Shown in pieces: positions 1 through 8,350 of a DNA stretch of 64,000 nucleotides; position 1 is the first letter of the stretch, and each line of letters begins with the position of its first letter. The stretch covers positions 124,001-188,000 of the forward strand of contig JBNRSN020000167.1 of the NCBI GenBank assembly GCA_051313645.2, given 5' to 3'. The position numbers were made by a program, and so were the translations under genes. The stretch is from Centroscyllium fabricii (lineage: Eukaryota). The notes under the pieces are model-generated. The model did not search any database. It was not told the DNA's origin and saw only the letters and a list, made by a program, of their open reading frames with translations.

Positions 1-1141
1 TCCAGGCGCACCTCTCTCCCGTCAGGAGTGGCGGCTCTCCTTCGAGAGCCGCTGCTCAGGAATCCGCACCTCCGCGACCGAGGGTTCGGGTGGCTGGCGG
101 AACACAGAGCTGTGCTTGGCAGGGTGACTATAGTCAGGGACCTGCTTGATGGCGGAGGAGCGGGCTGGATGGCGCCAGAGGAGCTGGCGCAGCGTCTGGG
201 TCATGATAATGGCCGGCTCGCGGCCAAAGCCATCGAGTCGCTGAAAGTGGCGTTGGGCCTTGGCTACACTAAAAGAATTGAGGCGGCTCAAAGAAGTGGG
301 GTGCTCCCGTCCGAGCTGACCCCCGTTCGGATGGAATTCCTCATCGGCGCCCGGCCCCAAAACCCCTCTCGGGGACCGGCGCCTCACAACTTGAGCCGTC
401 TCGGTGAGATGCCCTCCGTGCCTTTTGACACCGCACGGAGGCGTTTCCTGTACGGGCTGCTCCTGCACACTCTCCACTTTGTCATCTTCGCCTGCCGTCC
501 GGACACGCCCTGGCGTGCCATCTTGCCGTCCGGCGGAGGCGGAGGTCCCCAATGGGGGGCTCTCTACGCGGGAGTCTTCCCCTGTTATATTGGGGACTTG
601 GCCTGGAGAGTGTTGCACGGAGTAGCCCCGTGCAACAAAGTTTTAAGTCGGTTCACGGACTCCCAGGCCACCTGTCATTTCTGCGGCCTGGAAGAGTCCG
701 TGTTCCATGTTTACGTGGAATGTGGGAGGTTGCAGCCCCTCTATCATTATTTGAAGGGGCTGCTCCTCAAATTTTGGTTGCACTTCAGTCCCACGCTCCT
801 GATCTACGGCCATCCGGTGCGGAGGGGAGCGGGCAGGTTGGAGGATCTCCTCGTCGGTCTGCTCCTGGGACTTGCGAAAAGGTCCATCTACTCGTCCAGG
901 CAGCGGGCCATTGAGGGGGCCGTCCAGCCAGATTGCCTGCCTCTCTTTCGCGGCCAGGTTCGCGCCCGGGTGGCCCTGGAGATGGAGCACGCGGTGTCCG
1001 ACGGTACGCTTGAGGCTTTTCGCGACCGTTGGGCGCCGGGGGGATTGGAGTGCATCGTCACCCCGGTCAATCAAATTTTAATTTAATTTGTTAAAAGTTA
1101 AGTAAAATTTTTGGTTACAGATAATCCGTGTATCAAAAGAG
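1..1141 (+). mobile_element. 3' end of an L1/Tx1-clade non-LTR retrotransposon (ORF2 C-terminus plus short AT-rich 3' UTR); 5' part lies outside the window
   Basis: ORF 28..1086 contains DLAWRVLHGVAPCN and the CCHC-type zinc-finger CHFCGLEESVFHVYVEC typical of L1/Tx1 ORF2 C-termini. GC-rich coding DNA switches abruptly to an AT-rich tail after the stop at 1086. The 3' boundary is approximate. Confidence 0.85.
28..1086 (+). CDS. Partial L1/Tx1 ORF2 (C-terminal region with zf-RVT-like zinc finger)
   Basis: 352-aa open frame with a Cx2C...H...C motif; no real start codon, so it probably continues upstream of the window. Confidence 0.8.
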   Translation: MAALLREPLLRNPHLRDRGFGWLAEHRAVLGRVTIVRDLLDGGGAGWMAPEELAQRLGHDNGRLAAKAIESLKVALGLGYTKRIEAAQRSGVLPSELTPVRMEFLIGARPQNPSRGPAPHNLSRLGEMPSVPFDTARRRFLYGLLLHTLHFVIFACRPDTPWRAILPSGGGGGPQWGALYAGVFPCYIGDLAWRVLHGVAPCNKVLSRFTDSQATCHFCGLEESVFHVYVECGRLQPLYHYLKGLLLKFWLHFSPTLLIYGHPVRRGAGRLEDLLVGLLLGLAKRSIYSSRQRAIEGAVQPDCLPLFRGQVRARVALEMEHAVSDGTLEAFRDRWAPGGLECIVTPVNQILI

Positions 1142-2088
1142 ATCCACAGCTGTTTCAAGGAATAGGTCCCTAGTTATGTGATTAACTGTTCAATTATCTA
1201 TGTGTGTGGAAGTTGTGCTCTGGTCTCACGCCCCTCAGGATTATTGGCTATCACCCAATAGGGTACTTACTGGGGTTAGCATATAATCAGGAGGTTGGCT
1301 GAGGTCAGAGGCTGGATCATTGCAGTGTAATGTGTCATGGGACTGGACTGCTATCCATTGTTCATTCTTCAGGCCACTGGAAGGAGGTGGTTTTCTGCTG
1401 TGCTGAGTCGCCGTCAGAGACAAGGAAGTTGTAGATCGATGGACTCAGCTGGTACTTGTTCTTTGCTATTTCTGGTGCTCAGGCTGGGTTACCCAACAGG
1501 GGCATTGGGGTGGAACGCATTTCCCTCTGCCTTGACAGTGCTCCCTGCTATTGAGAACTCAGCAATGGACATTCATCTGTTTGGTAAGGGAGTCTCCCTG
1601 CCGGTGGATCTGGTGCGCTACTGCCTGACTGCCATGGGGTTAAGTCTCTGTGTCAGAGCAGAAGAAGTAGGTCGGACCCATTTCCACTACATGGACATTC
1701 TTTTCATCACCCGAACCCTGGTTTGGACATTGGTCATCTGGAAGCATAGCTGTTCCCACATCCTCTATGCAGAGGGGTGGAATGAGATGTCATGCTCGCT
1801 TAGGAGGACTTGCTCGGTTCTCTGTAGGGTGGACAGTGATGCCAGGACTGGTATTCTTGGGGAGAATGGCGCGCCTGGATTGCGTAGCACCCCTCTATTC
1901 ATTGCTCGCTGTTTGGAAGTTTGTGCCGGTCTGTTTATAAGACTTGTGTTGTATATGTGTTTATATATATAATTGTATGTTTAGGGTATTATAAGGGGTT
2001 TTAGGAATAAAGTTGTTTAGTTTTATAAACGTTTCAGTGTCTCTGCATTTGGGCCCCGCCTTCATTCCGAATACACCCAACCGTTACA
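1142..2088 (+). mobile_element. LTR-like element, 5'-interrupted, same family as the solo LTR at 20772-21823
   Basis: Ends ...CCGTTACA at 2088 with AATAAA at ~2007. 1520-1735 and 2035-2060 (tcagtgtctctgcatttgggccccgc) align by eye with the reverse complement of the 20772-21823 element. Confidence 0.75.
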
Positions 2089-2234
2089 TCCTGTAATTAG
2101 CCCAGTATAAATACTGGGCTACTTAGTATGATTTAGTAAGAGGCATGGTGCAGACCTCTTTTGTATGTATCACAGTTATACGTTGATTAAAGCTTACCTT
2201 AAGTTCATATCATGTAAGTTTCATTCTTACAACA
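2089..2234 (+). repeat. Gypsy 5' LTR, 3' 146 bp only
   Basis: Direct repeat of 6400-6545, ends ...ACAACA; contains TATAAATA and ATTAAA. Confidence 0.92.
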
Positions 2235-2317
2235 ATTTAATCAACTTTGCAAAACTTCTCACTCAACTCGAACTTTTGGACAAAACTCGGAGCTGAGGAT
2301 CCAGGGAACCGCCCAGC

Positions 2318-5300
2318 ATGGAGAACCTCCTTAGACCGACTCATCTCGATTTGGACCCAAACACCTCAGCAGCTGATAAAGTATGGAAACACTGGTATCA
2401 CTCTTTCAAAAATGTTCTTGTGTATTGTGAAGCTGATGATGACATGAAGCTCAAGTTACTTATCAACTATGTCACCCCAAGGGTATATGAATGTGTGGAT
2501 CATTGGACTAATTTTGATGAGGCAATCCGGACACTTCAGAGACTATATACTAAGACACCTAATGAGGTCTATGCTAGACATCTACTACCTACAGCCCGAC
2601 AAGGGCCAGAGGAATCAATTGATAAATTCCTTCATGAGCTTCGCAGGCTTAGCATGAATTGTAACTTTCAGGCGGCCTCAGCTGAGCTATACCGTGAAGA
2701 GCTGATTCGTGATGCCTTCATCTGCGGGCTTGCCTCCCCATTTATTCGCCAGCGTTTACTCAAAAGTAAGACACTGGAACTACAAAAAGCTTATGACATG
2801 GCTTGTTCTCTGGATTTGGCAAAAAAAAATGCAGACCTTTATGAGGTACCCAGACCTCGAACTGCTGCTTTAACCACAACCAGACAACTTAAGCAGCCAC
2901 AGGTGCACTCTATTAGGGAGGACTTTATTCCTGATGATCAATCTGATGACTTCAGTGATGAAGAAGATGCTGACCCCACTCTGGCAGCCTCTTGGCGATC
3001 TAAGAAATGCTTCTTTTGTGGTGATGAGTTTCATCCTAGGAAATTCTGCCATGCTCGCAATGCGATTTGCAGTCATTGTGACAAAAAGGGTCATTTTGCG
3101 AAGGTTTGCCTATCACGAGCCTCTACGAGGGCTTATCGAGCTCAGTCCTATCGAACTGCCCCAATTCGGGCCTATCAAGATATTCCGGCTAAGACTTATC
3201 ATGCTTCCTCTCGGGGTTTTTCCCGAAGAAGCACACCTAGAGTTTCAGCCACTCTTTGTGCAACAACATCAATTACAGCTGCTTGTCCTCCAAATCTATT
3301 CCATGCTGCTGTGAAGGCATCAATTGCTGGACATACTTTAGATGCCTTAATTGACTCAGGCAGCTCTGATAGTTTTATTAGGGAACAGGTTGTTACAAAG
3401 TTAAAGCTACATGTTTTCCCATCCAACCAGGCAATTGCGATGGCTCAGTCGTCGCTCAACACCAGAATCTCCGGCTTTTGTATTGTTGAAATGGCACTTA
3501 ATGGCTACAGGTATCCCTCCACCCGGCTTTCGGTGCTCAAGGACCTGTGTAGTGATCTTATCTTAGGACTGGACTTTCAAAAGCAGCATAAGCAGCTCAC
3601 TATTGAGTTCGGCGGATCCAAACCCAGACTCACTATTTCTAATATCCTGCCTCAATTACCGTTCTGTGCGTTGTCAGTGGTTTCGCTGGATGAACCCTCA
3701 CTATTTACCAGTATTCCTCCTCGATGCAAACCAATTATAACAAAATCACGACGTTTCAGTCAGGAAGACCAGTCCTTTATTGCGACTGAAATTTCTCGGC
3801 TTTTGGCAGAGGGTATCATCGAGCCTTGTTCATCGCCATGGCGGGCCCAAGTTGTTATTGTTAAGAACCCTCTACAGCCTCACAAGAAACGGCTGTGCAT
3901 TGACTATTCACAGACCATCAATCAATATACGGACTTGGACGCCTACCCATTGCCGCGCATAGATGATATGGTTAATAGATTGGCTGAGTACACAGTGTTC
4001 TCAACGTATGATCTGAAAAGCGCCTATCATCAAGTACCTTTGAAAGTCTCAGACAAGCAGTATACGGCCTTTGAGGCCAATGGACGGCTGTACCAGTTTC
4101 GTCGCCTCCCGTTTGGGGTCACTAATGGAGTGGCTGTCTTCCAGCGGGCAATGGATGACTTAGTCAAGCAGGAAAACTTAAAGGATATTTTCCTTATCTA
4201 GACAATATTACTGTTGCAGGTCGTGATCAACAGGAACACGACGCCAATCTCCAACGATTTCGGGATGCACTCCAGCACCGTAATTTAACATTGAATGCTT
4301 CTAAATCCATTGAGTCGCAACCAACCATCAACATCCTTGGCTATTGTGTGGGCAATGGCATAATTAAACTGGACCCTGAAAGGCTTCGCCCGCTCCAAGA
4401 GCTCCCGCCGCCTAAGAATCCAGCCTCCTTGCGTCGGGCCCTCGGCCTCTTTGCGTATTATGCTAAATGGATTCCTAACTTCTCGGACAGAATCCAACCT
4501 CTACTGAAGGCCAGAACATTTCCATTAGACACAGCGGCTGTTACAGCCTTTACTCTTCTAAAACAACAGTTGGAGAAAGCGGCCCTTCACTCTATTGATG
4601 AGAATCTGCCCTTCGTCGTCGAATGTGATGCCTCAGAAGTGGCGATCTCGGCTACTCTGAATCAGGAAGGTCGTCCGGTGGCATTTTTGTCCAGGACCTT
4701 TCAAGGTGCCGAACTACATTATCCTCCAGTGGAGAAAGAAGCTACAGCCATTATAGAGGCAGTATGGAAATGGAACCATTTCCTAGCTCGGCAACACTTT
4801 ACGTTGATAACAGACCAGCGATCGGTCGCTTTTATGCTTGATAATCGGAAACGAACCAAAATTAAAAATAATAAGATCCAGCTTTGGCGGATGGAGTTGG
4901 CCTCTTTCGGTTACACCATCCACTACCGACCTGGCAAGGACAATGTGGCCCCGGATACCCTCACACGAGCATTCTGCTCCGCCGTGTCACCCTCTACTCT
5001 CGTGGACATCCATGATGGATTGTGTCATCCTGGCGTTACCCGCATGTTACACTTCGTGCGATCACGGAATCTCCCTTTTTCTACCGGGGATGTCAAGAAG
5101 ATGTGCTTGGACTGCAGAGTCTGTGCAGAATTAAAGCCTCCGTTTTTCCGCCCCTCGGGTGGTACGCTCATACATGCGACCCAGCCAATGCAACGGCTTA
5201 GCATTGATTTTAAGGGCCCGTTGCCCTCTTCAACTCGAAACACTTATCTACTGACCATGGTCGACGAATATTCCCATTTTCCGTTTGCCTTTCCCTGCCC

Positions 5301-5982
5301 CAATATGCTGTCGTCCACGGTTATCAGCTGCCTTGAACAGGTATTTTCTTTCTGTGGCATGGCGTCTTACGTTCACTCGGATCGGGGTCCTTCCTTCATG
5401 TCAGGAGAACTCAAGGCCTATCTCTCGGATCGGGGCGTTGCTACCAGCAAAACGACGCCTTATCATCCTGTCGGGAATGGGCAAATCGAACGGTATAATG
5501 GCATCATTTGGAATTCTGTACGTCTAGCTTTGAAATCTCGGGGCCTGCCCATCCAGCAATGGGAAGCGGTACTCCCAGACGCATTGCATTCTATACGGTC
5601 CCTTCTTTCGACCGCCACGAATATGACTCCCCATGAACGATTCTTCCAATTCCAGCGTCGCTCATCCTGCGGGATCTCCCTTCCATCGTGGCTGACTACA
5701 CCAGGACCGGTGTTACTCCGGAGACATGTCCGGGCGTCTAAGAATGACCCCCTTGTAGACGAGGTGGAACTGACTGATATCAACCCGACCTATGCATATA
5801 TCCGATATCCTGACGGTCGGGAATCCACTGTGTCGTTACGAGATCTGGCTCCCTGCCCACCGAAACTTACTGGGACACCTGGGGATGGTGTTTTGCCAGG
5901 CGCATCTCTGTGCTCGCCAGGTACCCCTCACCAGGATCTGGATCTGACGGCAGCTGGTACTTCATCCAGGATACAAACCTGA
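2318..5982 (+). pseudogene. Gypsy gag-pol polyprotein, frameshifted near 4190
   Basis: Two CCHC knuckles (CFFCGDEFHPRKFC, CSHCDKKGHFAKVC), protease LIDSGS, RT motifs (RLCIDY, DLKSAYHQ, LPFGV), RNase H (ECDASEVAI), integrase HHCC plus D-D-E (IDFKG, HSDRG, GQIER). A 1-bp shift in gatattttccttatctagacaat joins ORFs 2318..4201 and 4291..5982. Confidence 0.93.
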
Positions 5983-6305
5983 GGCAGACCGACTATGAGC
6001 CCGTTGGGGCTCGCACACGCAGCCGCGATCCACCCCGTTCTACACGCCCAGGAACAAATCTGCCACAGACCTACTCAACACCCGTTCGGGCTCAAACGCA
6101 AAGCCATGATCTCCCAGACCCTTCACAGGGCGGGCCAGACCACACGGACTCTGATCAATGGCCCACGGCATGTAAACGGGCTAGAGACCCTCTATCACCA
6201 TGGGAACCCAAACGGGTGCGACTCTCCCTCATTCGACGGATGCGTAATGAAGGGAGGATTCCGGCCTCCTACTCTTTTGGGAGGGAGGCGGCCTCCTAAT
6301 CTTTT

Positions 6306-6317
6306 GGGAGGGAAGAA
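6306..6317 (+). promoter_or_regulatory. Polypurine tract (plus-strand primer site)
   Basis: GGGAGGGAAGAA immediately before the TG start of the 3' LTR. Confidence 0.85.
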
Positions 6318-6545
6318 TGTGGTAATACAGAACAGCTTCTAGCTTGGAGTTTTTGCTTACATCACTTCTGGGGACCTATGAACTTTGTATGATGTCACTT
6401 CCTGTAATGAGCCCAGTATAAATACTGGGCTACTCAGTATGATTTAGTAAGAGGCATGGTGCAGACCTCTTTTGTATGTATCACAGTTATAAGTTGATTA
6501 AAGCTTACCTTAAGTTCATATCGTGTAAGTTTCATTCTTACAACA
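6318..6545 (+). repeat. Gypsy 3' LTR (228 bp)
   Basis: TGTGG...CAACA termini, follows the PPT, matches the 5' LTR remnant. Confidence 0.93.
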
Positions 6546-6765
6546 GACTCCTTAATTAATATTGCGAGACCCCCTCCTCTTTTAACCCCCCCCCGTCTCG
6601 CCTGAAGATTCTATACCCCGGAATATTGAGCTGCCAGTCCTGCCCCTCCCGCAACCATGTCTCCGTGATAGCAACAATATCATACTCCCATGTGTTCAAC
6701 AACACCTTCAATTCATCCACCTTATTCGCAAGACTCCTTGCATTAAAATAAGTGCCATCGAGCCT
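6546..6765 (-). mobile_element. CR1 LINE fragment (ORF2 N-terminal AP-endonuclease), cut by the Gypsy insertion
   Basis: Minus strand reads YFNARSLANKVDELK...YDIVAITETWLREGQDWQLNIPGYRIFR, homologous to the ORF2 start of the CR1 at ~29500-29700. Confidence 0.85.
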
Positions 6766-6809
6766 CGCGTCACAGTTTTATCCGCAAACCATATACACCC
6801 CTGATCTCT

Positions 6810-7101
6810 GACCATGGTACACACTGCACACACTGCTGCTGATGGAGGGGTGGATATTGAGTCCAGTGACAGGGGCTCCGATGAAGCGGGCTGCTTTATC
6901 CTGAATGGTGTCGAGCTTCTTGAGTGTTGTTGGAGCTGCACTCATCCAGGCAAGTGGAGAGTATTCCATCACACTCCTGACTTGTGCCTTGTAGATGGTG
7001 GAAAGGCTTTGGGGAGTCAGGAGGTGGGACACTCACCGCAGAATACCTAGCACCTGGCCTGCTCTTGTAGCCACAGTTTTGATACAGCTGGTCCAGTTCA
7101 G
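6810..7101 (-). mobile_element. Degenerate LINE fragment of a second family (CR1/L2 group, post-RT region)
   Basis: Minus-strand peptide PQSLSTIYKAQVRSVMEYSPLAW...KKLDTIQDKAARFI follows the Y..VR..LEY...W..LD.IQ.KA.R pattern of LINE ORF2. Confidence 0.75.
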
Positions 7102-7579
7102 CCTCAGGATTAGCAGGAGAAGCCTGGCCCTCGCGGACTGCGTATCAGGAAGTGGAGAGACGTCTGCCGATTTCCTGAATGTGTCTGCAGTGAGCAAGGC
7201 TCCAACATCGGGAGCGTACATTCAGGAAATAGTCCCTCGGTTCTTTTAGATCACGTTGCACTTGCTCTGTAAATTCAGCTCGGTTGCCGAGGGAAGTAAA
7301 GTCCGGGTGTTTCTTATAGCGAGAAAAGAGACAAAACAATGGGTGAACCGGCCAACCCAGCTCCAGAAATACACCTCCTGGGGTTTGGTTTACAGCTACA
7401 CCAGTAGCAAGAGGAGATCATTTGTATACATGACAGGCACTTCAAGAGTTAATGCACAGCATATTCAATGACAAGAGTGAGAGAGAAAAAGTATTTGAGC
7501 GCTGCAGGTTTTTTGCAGAGGTTTGTGTGACAGTATTGGACTGAATTTGTCTTGCTTTTATTCTCCACTCTTTCTTCAG

Positions 7580-7699
7580 ATCCTCTGGGTCTTGCTGTTG
7601 GCTACCATCCTCGGTCTCATGCTACAGAGACTGTCGGCCCGGTTAGGAGTTGTAAGTGGCATGCAACTGGCTGAGGTCTGTCGCAGGCAGTATCCCAAG
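7580..7699 (+). CDS. slc11a2: Internal exon (120 bp) of an NRAMP/SLC11 divalent metal transporter, SLC11A2/DMT1-like
   Basis: tttcttcag| acceptor and |gtatgt donor. Encodes [40 protein letters not shown], matching the conserved NRAMP QRLAARLGVV...LAEVC..QYPK exon. Family is certain; paralogue assignment is less so. Confidence 0.92.
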
Positions 7700-7949
7700 G
7701 TATGTACCAGAGTTCCAAACTTCTCCATCAGATAAAGTTGTAAGCATAGCCTAAAAGAGCTTGGAGACGATTTTCCTGACTGTTGCCCCTGGGGAATGGC
7801 CTGGAAAAGTCAGGAGAAAGGAGACACGTTTTGTCCGGTTTCCACCACATTGACGATGTATTGGAATTCCCAAGGCTTGTCTGAGTGGCAAAGCAGGGCC
7901 TGGAATTTTATCTTGTGTCAGTCCTCTGTTCCCCATTCTTTGCCCCTGC

Positions 7950-8350
7950 AGAGTGAGTGAGAGGTTTACTGGTTGAGGACAAGGGCTATCACCTGAACAC
8001 TTGGCTCATGACCCCTCTCAGGAACCCACACTCAGTGTGCTGTAATCAGATCTATGGCGAGATGAGAGCTCTCATCGAGCAGATCTATGGAGTCCTTAGG
8101 CAGCCATGTTGCTGCTTGGACAGGTCAGCTGGCTTCCTCCAATGCAGAGAGCATTCTGTATGATTGCGATTTGCTGTAAGCTGCACAACTTTGCTCTGCA
8201 ATGGGGGCAACACATGGAGCTACCATTGGAGAGAACCTTCAGCATGATGCGAGAGAGGACACAGAAGATGTAGAGGATGGAGAAGAAGTGTGAGGAGTCC
8301 TACAGCCAGAGCTCTTCAGCACCAGCTTATTGAAGAGAACTTCAGTTGAA
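7950..8350 (+). pseudogene. Degenerate PIF/Harbinger (HARBI1-like) transposase C-terminal fragment
   Basis: LLVEDKGYHLNTWLMTPLRNP, RALIEQIYGVLR..CCLDRSAGFLQ and CCKLHNFAL match the Harbinger motifs GD.GY.L..WLMTP, IE...G.LK.RFRCL and CC.LHN; followed by an acidic stretch; disrupted by stops and indels. Confidence 0.8.

Larger units (their letters stand above)
2089..6545 (+). mobile_element. Ty3/Gypsy LTR retrotransposon with short LTRs; 5' LTR interrupted; gag-pol with a single frameshift
   Basis: Paired LTR sequences (2089-2234 vs 6400-6545, 4 mismatches in 146 bp), PPT at 6306-6317, domain order gag-PR-RT-RH-IN. Confidence 0.95.

Noticed and set aside
1087-1160. Tx1 target-specific insertion into an snRNA or tRNA gene
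   Set aside because: The flank is LTR-like sequence; no U2 or tRNA sequence is recognisable.
1337-1972. 211-aa ORF as an env or accessory gene
   Set aside because: Lies within an LTR-like sequence whose homologue at 20772-21823 has indels and no corresponding ORF.
4185-4205. Programmed ribosomal frameshift in the Gypsy element
   Set aside because: It falls inside the RT catalytic region rather than at the gag-pol junction; a 1-bp loss in a T/C run (mutation or sequencing error) is simpler.
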